The notes beneath the pieces are model-generated. The model had not been told where the DNA came from. It worked only from the letters and a program-made list of their open reading frames with translations, and did not search any database. Positions 28,105-37,168 of a stretch of 60,090 nucleotides of DNA are shown here, one piece after another. Source of the DNA: a virus (Duplodnaviria; Caudoviricetes); IMG/VR virus record IMGVR_UViG_3300002053_000022, positions 1 through 60,090 of that record. The stretch is one strand, 5' to 3'. Each line of letters opens with the position of its first letter. Position 1 is the stretch's first letter. A program made the translations under genes and the position numbers.

Positions 28105-29183
28105 TACCAATAAATTGGATTAATAACTTTGGCCCAAATGGATATGGAATTTGTGGTAGAAGATATGTAGAAATACTACAAAAATTAGGTTATCCTCTTC
28201 AAATAACAGCTATTCCTTATATAGAACCAAAAGATCCTTTGTTTCCACTTTCTCAAGTAAAGCTTGAAAATCCATTAAATGTTTTTCACGCAATTCCAAC
28301 ACATCCACAAGACTGCTTTTATACTGTTACAGAAGTAAAAAGACCACCAGATTATATGGCTTACGCTCTTCAACAAGCAGATTTTATAATGACACAATCT
28401 GAATTTTGTAAAGATTCCTTTTCAAGAGTTGTTGATAGGAATAAGGTGCATGTTGTTAATTTCCCTTTCCCACCATATTTCAGTCCAATTGGCCCACAAT
28501 ATCCATTAACAATTGATGCTGAACACAAGTTCAAATTCTTTACTGTTGCGAGAGTGGATGTAAGAAAAAATCTGAGTCTTCTAATGAAAGCATTTGCAGA
28601 AGAATTTGGTGATAATAAAGATGTCTGTTTGATTATGAAAATGGGAAGTGACAGATATTGTATTCCGAAAATATTCTATGATTTAGATTTACCTAAGAAT
28701 ATATATTGGATGAGAAGTTTTGTTAGAGATACTTCAACACTTTATAGAAGCATGGATTCATATATTACAACAGACAACGGAGAGGGGTGGGGAGCACCAA
28801 CAACAGAAGCAATGTTATGTGGATTGCCAACAATAGCTCCAAGACACAGCGGACATTTAGATTATATGAACGATAATAATTCTTATTTATGTGAAGTAGG
28901 AGATTGGGAATTTATTGGATACGATAATGAACATAAAGACAGATTGCCAAACTATTATCCAGAATTACTTTGTCCTCAATTAGAATGGAAAGTTCCTAAA
29001 ATTGAGAGTGTAAAGAAACAAATGGCTAAGGTTTATGAAACATTTAAAGATGTTCCAAAAAGGGAGAGAATAAATCATCCAACAATAAAAAACTCAATTG
29101 ATGTTAAGAAAATAGTTAGTGAAAAATATGTAGCACAACAACTAGTGGAGGCTTTAAACTGGTATGAAAACGAGTATAGATAA
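28101..29183 (+). CDS. Glycosyltransferase family 4 (GT-B)
   Basis: GYG, RKNL and EGWGAPTTEAM.CG. Confidence 0.9.
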   Translation: MIPINWINNFGPNGYGICGRRYVEILQKLGYPLQITAIPYIEPKDPLFPLSQVKLENPLNVFHAIPTHPQDCFYTVTEVKRPPDYMAYALQQADFIMTQSEFCKDSFSRVVDRNKVHVVNFPFPPYFSPIGPQYPLTIDAEHKFKFFTVARVDVRKNLSLLMKAFAEEFGDNKDVCLIMKMGSDRYCIPKIFYDLDLPKNIYWMRSFVRDTSTLYRSMDSYITTDNGEGWGAPTTEAMLCGLPTIAPRHSGHLDYMNDNNSYLCEVGDWEFIGYDNEHKDRLPNYYPELLCPQLEWKVPKIESVKKQMAKVYETFKDVPKRERINHPTIKNSIDVKKIVSEKYVAQQLVEALNWYENEYR

Positions 29184-29454
29184 AGCTAATATATGGGTAG
29201 AAATAGAAAAAACCATATTTCATATCCAAAAGATTGAAAAGCTTAGAAAAAATTTGGTTGAAGAAATGACTGTTGGTCAAATCTATCTTCCAAAAGAAGA
29301 GTATGAAGAAGCAGAAACATATTTTATTGAACTAGTTAATATATTTGGTCGTAAAATAGAACACATGTTTAAATATTTACATAAAGTATTAGGTGAATAT
29401 CTTGCCGAGAAAAAAGATAGAACTGACAAGAGAACAGGTATTGAAGTCTGTTGA
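29164..29454 (+). CDS. Hypothetical protein
   Basis: Overlapping helical ORF. Confidence 0.5.
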   Translation: MKTSIDKANIWVEIEKTIFHIQKIEKLRKNLVEEMTVGQIYLPKEEYEEAETYFIELVNIFGRKIEHMFKYLHKVLGEYLAEKKDRTDKRTGIEVC

Positions 29455-30403
29455 ATACTGTAATAGTTGGCAAGAGGTTGCTGACGAATTAGGAATAAGT
29501 ACAGATATTCTAAGAAGAGAGAGGAGAAAACTTAATTTGCCAAAAGAAATTTCTGATATTAAAATACAATTTTATAAATATATCCCAGAAGATTATCTTG
29601 ATGACATTCTTCCTTTGGAAGACAAAGGAGATCTTCCATTAAATTATATCACAATAGAAGTTCCAGAAGGTACTAAAGAAGTTATGATAGTTCCTTTTGG
29701 GGATATACATTGGGGAAACGAAGATTGTGATAAAAGAATGTTAAGGATAGTACTTGACTGGCTTTACAAAAACAAACATGTTTATATAATTTGTATGGGA
29801 GACATGGTTGAATCAAGCATAATTGGAAGTCCAGGATTGTTCGATCAAGAAAAATTCTTGGATAGTCAAGTATATGATATAATTAAGATGTTAAAACCTT
29901 TGGCAGATGAAGGAAGAATAATTGGTATGCATATAGGTAATCACGAAAGAAGGACTGTAAAAAATACAAGCTTCAACTTAACAAGATTAATGTGTGAAGT
30001 GTTAGATGTTAAGTATTTAGGAGAAGGTATTCTTCATTTAATAGAAGTTACAGATGGTAATAATAGTGAAGAATATACAATGTATACTACGCATGGTGCA
30101 AGCGGTGCGTTATATCCTTATACAAAAATGAGTGCTTGTATGAAATTGGATAGGATAGCTAATGCAGAAGTATATTGCATGGGGCATGTTCACTCACTAG
30201 GACACCAAAAAATGGACACTTGTGAGGTAGATTTTGAAAATAAAAAGACAGTAAAAAAGCCGAGACATTATGTTTTGACTGGAAGCTATCTTAAATATTG
30301 GGGTTCTTATGCCCAAGCAAAATCATATATCCCATCTGGAGAATCAGGCAGTCCGAAAATCAAACTTCATATTGACACGCATAGAATTAGCGTATCACTA
30401 TGA
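29393..30403 (+). CDS. Calcineurin-like metallophosphoesterase with N-terminal HTH
   Basis: GDIH, GD, GNHE, HG and GHVH. Confidence 0.88.
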   Translation: MNILPRKKIELTREQVLKSVEYCNSWQEVADELGISTDILRRERRKLNLPKEISDIKIQFYKYIPEDYLDDILPLEDKGDLPLNYITIEVPEGTKEVMIVPFGDIHWGNEDCDKRMLRIVLDWLYKNKHVYIICMGDMVESSIIGSPGLFDQEKFLDSQVYDIIKMLKPLADEGRIIGMHIGNHERRTVKNTSFNLTRLMCEVLDVKYLGEGILHLIEVTDGNNSEEYTMYTTHGASGALYPYTKMSACMKLDRIANAEVYCMGHVHSLGHQKMDTCEVDFENKKTVKKPRHYVLTGSYLKYWGSYAQAKSYIPSGESGSPKIKLHIDTHRISVSL

Positions 30404-30462
30404 TTTATTCTTTTTTTTATTAATGAATTCTCCTTTAAAAATGTTCAAAACATTTTTATGGT

Positions 30463-30726
30463 ATGATTCACAATTACAAAAAATTACAAGGAGAAGAAAT
30501 CCTTCTATTCAAACAATTTCTTGATGAATATAAGGAATACGACAGAGTTGATCTTTTGATCGAACTCTTTTTACAGAGAACTGGCACATCATCTTTAGAC
30601 TTTAGAAACAGAGATGTAAAAATAAAAAATGAGAAAAGAGATGAAATAGTAATTGAAGCCATCCCAGACAGTTTAAAATACTGTGATGGAGGAAAATGTA
30701 CTATTGATATTTTCAAGACATGCTAA
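30463..30726 (+). CDS. Hypothetical protein
   Basis: Last + strand ORF. Confidence 0.45.
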   Translation: MIHNYKKLQGEEILLFKQFLDEYKEYDRVDLLIELFLQRTGTSSLDFRNRDVKIKNEKRDEIVIEAIPDSLKYCDGGKCTIDIFKTC

Positions 30727-30969
30727 CACCTACATATAAGGTGTTATATAAAATTTTTTAGAATTTTATTTGATCCGATATTGGATCACGATCTCGATAC
30801 GAGAAGAAGCTCCCAAATAATATAAAAAAAAGAGATGGGAGTTAAAAAATAAACTTTTTCTTTCAACCTATATCGTATCGTAAAAAGATCATATAAAAAA
30901 TTATCACGAAACTATATTTACTTTCTTATTCTGTGATAGTTTGGTTTAAATTAAAAAAGATGAATTTTT
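30727..30969. other. Convergent intergenic region with hairpins and poly-T/poly-A tracts
   Basis: ACACCT-N7-AGGTGT, GATCCGATATTGGATC and CTCG-ATA-CGAG; the two gene blocks meet here. Confidence 0.5.
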
Positions 30970-31266
30970 TTATTGTCCATCTGGTTTTGGTTCTTCGCTT
31001 CCATTTCCATTATTTCCGTTTGTTTTTTCGTTTCCAAATAAAACACCAATAAACAAAGCCATGAAAATGATGAAGAATTCATATCCTTTTGAAAGGAACT
31101 GTCCCCAAATATCAGGTAAAGCACCCAAATAAAAGCTTACTACCGATATTGAAGCCCATAAAAGACTTATTAAGAAAATTCCAAAAGCAATACTTATTTT
31201 CCTATAGTTCTTTTCCATATTTCCTTGCCAAAATGCTTTCATTTTTTCCCATGTATTCTTAAACAT
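30970..31266 (-). CDS. Two-TM holin-like membrane protein
   Basis: Two TM helices, polar tail, last gene of the morphogenesis block. Confidence 0.45.
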   Translation of the reverse strand: MFKNTWEKMKAFWQGNMEKNYRKISIAFGIFLISLLWASISVVSFYLGALPDIWGQFLSKGYEFFIIFMALFIGVLFGNEKTNGNNGNGSEEPKPDGQ

Positions 31267-31739
31267 TTATAATCCACCAATTGTTTGTATTTGTAAAATA
31301 TTATAATTTCAATCATTACAAAAATTATAATCATAATTATAGAGCATAATACTAAATCTGCTCCAAAACTTCTTAAAAATTTGAACATGTCACCATATTC
31401 TATTAATGGAGAACCAGCCATATAAAAAAATTCTCCACCAGAAATACATATTCCAGAAACATATATTATTTCTTTTTTAAATTTATATCCTAATATTAGA
31501 AATGGTAAAGCATATAACAGAACTGCTATATGACCAGATATTGCAACAATTCTATAAGCTTCTATTGAATAAATACAACATCTTGTTACTGGATTTCCAT
31601 CAGTAAATCCAAATTCCACGAATTCTGCGTCATTTAACAAGTAGCAAGCTACTGCATGTCCGCATTCGTGAATTACTATCCACAATCCTAACAAAAGCAA
31701 AAATATAAAAATATTTGCTAATATTCTATCTTTATCCAT
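31239..31739 (-). CDS. Membrane zinc metallopeptidase (M50-like)
   Basis: HECGH next to a TM helix, several TMs, late GD motif. Confidence 0.65.
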   Translation of the reverse strand: MDKDRILANIFIFLLLLGLWIVIHECGHAVACYLLNDAEFVEFGFTDGNPVTRCCIYSIEAYRIVAISGHIAVLLYALPFLILGYKFKKEIIYVSGICISGGEFFYMAGSPLIEYGDMFKFLRSFGADLVLCSIIMIIIFVMIEIIIFYKYKQLVDYKCLRIHGKK

Positions 31740-31740
31740 T

Positions 31741-33681
31741 TTATGTCAAGTTGTTTGCTTCTACATTATTTGCTCCAGTTAATGCTTCTCCTTCTCCTCT
31801 GAAGTTGTTTGAAGTCCAAATATTCCAGTTTGCAGTTCCAGCATCTGCTAAACCAACTGCTGTTGTTCCTGGAGATCCTCCTCCACTTCCTGCTGCTCCT
31901 ACATCAATATCTGTTCCAACATTTCCGTTTATTACTCCATCTGTGCAATTATTATATTGAATTCCCCAAGAGTCTCCTCCATTTCCTCCTACTGTAATGC
32001 CACAATCTCCGCCATCACCACCATCAAGAGTTTCTATATTGTTATTGTTTGTGTTTGTGAAATTTGCTTCATTATATATACCATAAGCGTCTCCACCATC
32101 TCCACCATCTCCAGTACCATATCCATATCCGCCTTCTCCTCCAGCTATTGTTTTAATATTATTTCCATCTATAATCGTGTTTGGTTGTGTGTTGTATATA
32201 CCATAGCCATTTCCGCCAATTCCTAATTCTCCATTTCCAGAATCTGCTATAGTTCCTCCAATAATTGATTCGATCATATTATGCTTAATCGAAATATTAC
32301 TTGCCGCTCCATAAATACAATAACAATGTCCACCGTCTCCAGAATCTTCATTATTGGCTAATCCACCTAACCCACCATTACAATCATGGATATTGTTTCC
32401 TAAAGCTTGACTGTATAGAGAACCTATATAAATACAATAACAATGTCCACCATCTCCGCCTTCTCCAGAATTTTGAGCAGAGCCACCTTGACCACCTTTT
32501 ATAGAGAATAAATGATTATTTGAAATTATATTATTACTTCCAGTAGCGGTATATATTGCGTAACAATCTCCACCACTAGCAGCTTTTGTTATAGGAACAC
32601 TGTTTGTCCCTCCTTGACCAGCTTCAATTGATTCTATAATATTATTTGTTATTTTATTATCAGAACCAGAAATATTAATGGCGTAACAATCTGTTCCATC
32701 AACATCTGCTGTTCCGTTTGGAGCATCTATATTATAAATATGACATTTATCAATAATATTATTATTTCCAGTAATTTCTAATGCTCTCCTTACTTCAAGA
32801 ATAATACAATTTTTAACAATATTGTTGTCTGATGTGAGGATTATAGCATACGCATCTTCACCATTACCAGTTCCATCCACAGCTACATTATCAACAACAA
32901 CTTTATTATCAGAACCTTCATTAATAATTATTGCTCCAGTTGTATCAGTTATGTCATCACATAATATCTTAAAATCTCTTAAAATACAACTTGCAGCAGA
33001 TGTTATATTAAATGCTGTTCTATTTCCATTACAATCAATAATAGTATCAAATCCTTGACCTATTATTAAATAACTTCCTCCTCCACTTATATTTATTGTT
33101 CCAGTGAGAGAAATTGAACCAGACTCAATAATTATTGTTCCTCCATTAGATCCTATTGCAGTTAATGCATTATTTATATCAGTTTCAGTAGAACAATAAT
33201 AAATATTATTATCAATATCATTTATATTATCAATTGAATTTCCATTCCAGTCTATAGTTGTTGTAGCTTGACCACTTGAATTAAATATATTATTTATTGC
33301 CGCTCTTGCTTCTGTATCTGTATATCTGCTATGATGAGCATCAGATGTTGCAACATGTACTGGTAAACCATGAACTCCAGTTACTGTCGAATGTGCTGCT
33401 ATTTTAGCATCTATCTGACTATCTATACCGTGTACACCAGTTAAAGTTGAGTGTGTAGTAATTTTAGCATCTATTTGAGTTCCTATGCCATGTACACCCG
33501 TAAGAGTGGCATGTGCTGGTATTATAGTATTATTAACATGATTTCTCATAGCTTTTTGTAAGCCAGGAAAACCATCTCCAGCATCATCTGTATTTTGTAA
33601 TGTAATTGGGTCAAAACGACCTGGAAATCGTAGCTTTATTGAACCAGATATAAAATCTCTTTCTTCATTGTTTGTTGTCAT
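31741..33681 (-). CDS. Tail fibre/spike with right-handed beta-helix and Gly-rich loops
   Basis: H.TLTGVHG repeats, HHSRYTD and GG.CY.IY...N.I..N.I repeats. Confidence 0.8.
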   Translation of the reverse strand: MTTNNEERDFISGSIKLRFPGRFDPITLQNTDDAGDGFPGLQKAMRNHVNNTIIPAHATLTGVHGIGTQIDAKITTHSTLTGVHGIDSQIDAKIAAHSTVTGVHGLPVHVATSDAHHSRYTDTEARAAINNIFNSSGQATTTIDWNGNSIDNINDIDNNIYYCSTETDINNALTAIGSNGGTIIIESGSISLTGTINISGGGSYLIIGQGFDTIIDCNGNRTAFNITSAASCILRDFKILCDDITDTTGAIIINEGSDNKVVVDNVAVDGTGNGEDAYAIILTSDNNIVKNCIILEVRRALEITGNNNIIDKCHIYNIDAPNGTADVDGTDCYAINISGSDNKITNNIIESIEAGQGGTNSVPITKAASGGDCYAIYTATGSNNIISNNHLFSIKGGQGGSAQNSGEGGDGGHCYCIYIGSLYSQALGNNIHDCNGGLGGLANNEDSGDGGHCYCIYGAASNISIKHNMIESIIGGTIADSGNGELGIGGNGYGIYNTQPNTIIDGNNIKTIAGGEGGYGYGTGDGGDGGDAYGIYNEANFTNTNNNNIETLDGGDGGDCGITVGGNGGDSWGIQYNNCTDGVINGNVGTDIDVGAAGSGGGSPGTTAVGLADAGTANWNIWTSNNFRGEGEALTGANNVEANNLT

Positions 33682-33683
33682 AA

Positions 33684-34067
33684 TTATTTCCTCTTTGCTA
33701 ATTTTCTTAATGTTTTTGCTAATGCTGCTCTTTTTCTTGTTTTTGGATCATCTGAAGCCATTCCTCTTCTTATACATTCAGAAGTTACACCATCAAAACC
33801 TTGTCTTTTACACCATTCTGTAAATGCCCCTGGTTTTTTAATGGCTTTTTGAATGAATTTTTCAGCTTCAGCGTATAGAACATCAATCATTTCTTTTATT
33901 TCTTTTCTTTCTTCTAAAATCTTTTGTTTGATTTGTTCTATTTCCATTTTCTTTTCGTGTTTTGCTTTTAAACTACCACAGACTTTAGCTCTTGTTTCTG
34001 CGTCTGGGTATCTTTTGGCATTTTTAGCCATGCAATCAGCAAAATCTTTATATCCTGCGAATGGCAT
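33684..34067 (-). CDS. Small basic virion-associated protein
   Basis: MPFAGYKDF..C N-domain plus IQKAIKKPGA...A.LAKTLRK C-domain. Confidence 0.5.
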   Translation of the reverse strand: MPFAGYKDFADCMAKNAKRYPDAETRAKVCGSLKAKHEKKMEIEQIKQKILEERKEIKEMIDVLYAEAEKFIQKAIKKPGAFTEWCKRQGFDGVTSECIRRGMASDDPKTRKRAALAKTLRKLAKRK

Positions 34068-34736
34068 TTACAATTCACCAAATTTCCATCTAATTTCTAT
34101 ATCATCTAACGCTGTTAGTGGATTATCAGTATATACGCCAGTTCCTCCAACGACTCCACTTCCCCATAATACTGTTCTGCATAACATTGTGTTAGGCTTA
34201 CTTAAATCACTAAAAGATGGATCGTTTACAGGCCCTGTAGATCGGAGAAACAACCCGAATTCTCTTACTTGTGTTCCACTTGGAATATCACCAGGAACAA
34301 GAAATCTACCTACGAATTCAAGCGTCTGATCTCTTCTTGTTACAGTTAATTGGACTCTGTTTCCTATTTCTGAACTTAAGAATGAGTCTTCTGGACTAAC
34401 TAATTGTGTATCCACAATAGGATAATCTTCTTGTGCTCCAGTCGGAATTCCTTTTAAACCTTGTGCTCTTTGAACTGAAGAGTTATGAAACATACTATCT
34501 CCTAGTGCTCCATATCTTTTAAATGTCATTAATCCCGCAGTTCCGCTTGCTGTTGCTGATGGATTATGCCAAGATTTAAGTCCTCCAAAGAAATCTAAGA
34601 TATATTCTTTTCCATCATCTACTAATAGATTCGGATAATGTCCTATATTTTCCCTTCTTCCATCTTTATGTATTGTATTTACTTCTACTAATCCTTTTAA
34701 TTTTAACATATTTATCACTTTGTTTGTTGTGCGCAA
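34068..34736 (-). CDS. Baseplate/fibre-attachment protein
   Basis: NLLVDDGK and REFGLF patterns; position in the module. Confidence 0.55.
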   Translation of the reverse strand: MRTTNKVINMLKLKGLVEVNTIHKDGRRENIGHYPNLLVDDGKEYILDFFGGLKSWHNPSATASGTAGLMTFKRYGALGDSMFHNSSVQRAQGLKGIPTGAQEDYPIVDTQLVSPEDSFLSSEIGNRVQLTVTRRDQTLEFVGRFLVPGDIPSGTQVREFGLFLRSTGPVNDPSFSDLSKPNTMLCRTVLWGSGVVGGTGVYTDNPLTALDDIEIRWKFGEL

Positions 34737-37168
34737 GAGTAACCGCTTGCATTAAAAAATTTATCTTTCCTAAAAATTCCATTGTACAAATTAGATTGAC
34801 CAGGTACTGGATATTTATTTTGTCCTGTGTGATATTTTTCATCCCATCCATATCCGATAGCATCTGACCATACAGTTCCACCAAACCTTACTATTTTTAG
34901 AAGTTTATCAACATAAGGTGTCGATGCTGGTGGAGAAATATCTCCTCCATATTGTATTCCATTTATCTTAATTCTTCCATATCCTTCTGGTATATTAAAA
35001 TATATTTTAACATGATACCATGTGTTTGCGGAATAAGCAACCAAATTTGTCCCATTCCAGTCTCTTATATATCCATTATTATAAAAATATACAAAAAATC
35101 CTCTACCATTCCACCAATTGTCTTTATATGCTCCAAAACGAGCTTCTCTACCAAATACATTATTATCAAAACTTGTTTTTGCCCAAAATTCAACAGTTCC
35201 AACTGTTTTACTTGAAGGCCATATTTGTTGTGCTCCTCCTCCTTGACCTCCACAAGATATTTGAAATACTAATTCATGGTTATCAAGATTTTGTACAATA
35301 CTTGTAGTTGGTGTTGCATATGTATCTTCTATAATAAAACCACTTGGTAATCCAGAACCAGCTGTATCACAAGTAAAGCTATATGTTGCTTTGTAATGTT
35401 CTGGATCTGAAGGCAATAAGAAATTATCATGTTGTTGTCCCCATCCAAAAGGATATAATCTTTGCCAATTATCACCGACAGCATAACCAGACATCCAGTT
35501 TCCTCCAAAACAATCAAAGAAACCGTATCCAGTTCCTGCTGATGCTATTCTCATTTCAAAATTACTTGTCAATGGATTAAGAAATGATACTCCACTTGCA
35601 ACTAATTCTCTATTAATATAAATCTCATTGACTACAGTTGAGCCAATATCAAATCTCATTTTTAAATGATAATCACAATCTCTACTCGCCGCTCTTATCA
35701 ATGTTCCATAATGATCATAGAAACCACTATCTCTAAATTCAGTATAAAATCCCCAACTTCCTTCATATCCACCATATTTCATGTTAGTTCCTTGTGGGTG
35801 AACCCACATTTCTACATATCCAGAATCTGATGGACTAAAACCGCTTGTTGTTTCTATATGAGAATTTCCACTTAATCTACACCAATGTCTTCCTTGGTCA
35901 TTTACATTTAAAACATCTACTACTCCAGTTGTATTCCAATTACTTCCTATTACACCACTTTCAAAAGAATCAACTGCTTCGTTCCAACCATTCCAAACCC
36001 TATATCTTTGTCTCCACATAGAGCCAACATAATCTCCCATAGAGCTATATAGAATTTTGTTGGTTATTAAATTATTTCCTTGCTGACTTTCTATACATCT
36101 ACAATCTAAACCTTCAAAATCCCCAGCTTCTATAAATTTATAGAAACCAACAAACACATTAACACCAGCAGGAGTTACGCTTTGTGCTATGAATTTAAAT
36201 AATTTTCTATCATCAAGAGTTACAGTTCCAAATGGAGATCCTTTTGCTCCAGCTACTGGTAATCTAATATCCCAATGAGGCATGGAGAAATGAAATCTTT
36301 CTTCAAGAATAATATCTTCTTCATCTACATTATAGAAATGTGCGAATAATCTTTTTATTTCACTTGGAGTTGGTGTAACCCACCATTTTTGTGTCCAAGC
36401 TTTATTAACGAATTTCCAAACAACATCATTTTGAGCGTCAGTAAGAGGATAAGTTGAATATTTTTCTCTTGTTATTCTAACATCATATCCTTTATCAATT
36501 TGAATTCCTTTTTCAGCGTTATATCCACTATATCCATAAGTATCACATTGAGGACAATCGCTTCCATTTACATATCCTGTTCCATTACAACAAGGACATT
36601 GTGTTGGTGCTATCCAAATAGAATTTACTATTTGTTTAATCATATTATGGATTTTATCCATTCCGAGATAATACAAAATTTTACTTCCTTCACTAGCTAA
36701 TCCATAGAAGCTTATTTTTCCTCCACAAGGTTCGTCTTCAGTCACATTAGAAGTTATATCAGTTATTTCATAAACTTGATTTCCTAATCCGCTTACTAAG
36801 AAAGTTGCATATTGTCTTGTAAATCTTGGAACTTCCCAAGTTGTTTGAACAGTTGTAGAACCTGGTTCATATCTTTGTTTAGTTATTTCTCTTCCAATTT
36901 GATTGAATGTTTCTGTATCTTTAGTATCAACATTTTTAGCAGTTATAGTTAATGTCAGATTAGATTCCCTTATTTTAGTATCAACTATTGCTATAACTGG
37001 GCAAGGAACTGCCAATGTTTCAAAAGAAACTGCGTCTTGTTTAACAAAACCAGTTTTTCTTGACCATTCTCCAAATTTAACTAGACTGTGTCCAGTATAA
37101 GGACTTTCTTGAATGTGTTTCTTAAAAGATGTATTCAAATACACTCTTAATTGGTCTCTAAAATCCAT
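34715..37168 (-). CDS. Baseplate wedge protein with DnaJ-type Zn finger and LamG/ConA-like domains
   Basis: Follows baseplate J; PAGV motif; VEMWV and VEFW..WYHV lectin-like strands. Confidence 0.6.
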   Translation of the reverse strand: MDFRDQLRVYLNTSFKKHIQESPYTGHSLVKFGEWSRKTGFVKQDAVSFETLAVPCPVIAIVDTKIRESNLTLTITAKNVDTKDTETFNQIGREITKQRYEPGSTTVQTTWEVPRFTRQYATFLVSGLGNQVYEITDITSNVTEDEPCGGKISFYGLASEGSKILYYLGMDKIHNMIKQIVNSIWIAPTQCPCCNGTGYVNGSDCPQCDTYGYSGYNAEKGIQIDKGYDVRITREKYSTYPLTDAQNDVVWKFVNKAWTQKWWVTPTPSEIKRLFAHFYNVDEEDIILEERFHFSMPHWDIRLPVAGAKGSPFGTVTLDDRKLFKFIAQSVTPAGVNVFVGFYKFIEAGDFEGLDCRCIESQQGNNLITNKILYSSMGDYVGSMWRQRYRVWNGWNEAVDSFESGVIGSNWNTTGVVDVLNVNDQGRHWCRLSGNSHIETTSGFSPSDSGYVEMWVHPQGTNMKYGGYEGSWGFYTEFRDSGFYDHYGTLIRAASRDCDYHLKMRFDIGSTVVNEIYINRELVASGVSFLNPLTSNFEMRIASAGTGYGFFDCFGGNWMSGYAVGDNWQRLYPFGWGQQHDNFLLPSDPEHYKATYSFTCDTAGSGLPSGFIIEDTYATPTTSIVQNLDNHELVFQISCGGQGGGAQQIWPSSKTVGTVEFWAKTSFDNNVFGREARFGAYKDNWWNGRGFFVYFYNNGYIRDWNGTNLVAYSANTWYHVKIYFNIPEGYGRIKINGIQYGGDISPPASTPYVDKLLKIVRFGGTVWSDAIGYGWDEKYHTGQNKYPVPGQSNLYNGIFRKDKFFNASGYSCAQQTK

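Noticed and set aside
31741-33681. Diversity-generating retroelement in the tail fibre repeats
   Set aside because: No reverse transcriptase; the repeats (such as 32314 and 32431) are in-frame beta-helix units without adenine-specific differences.
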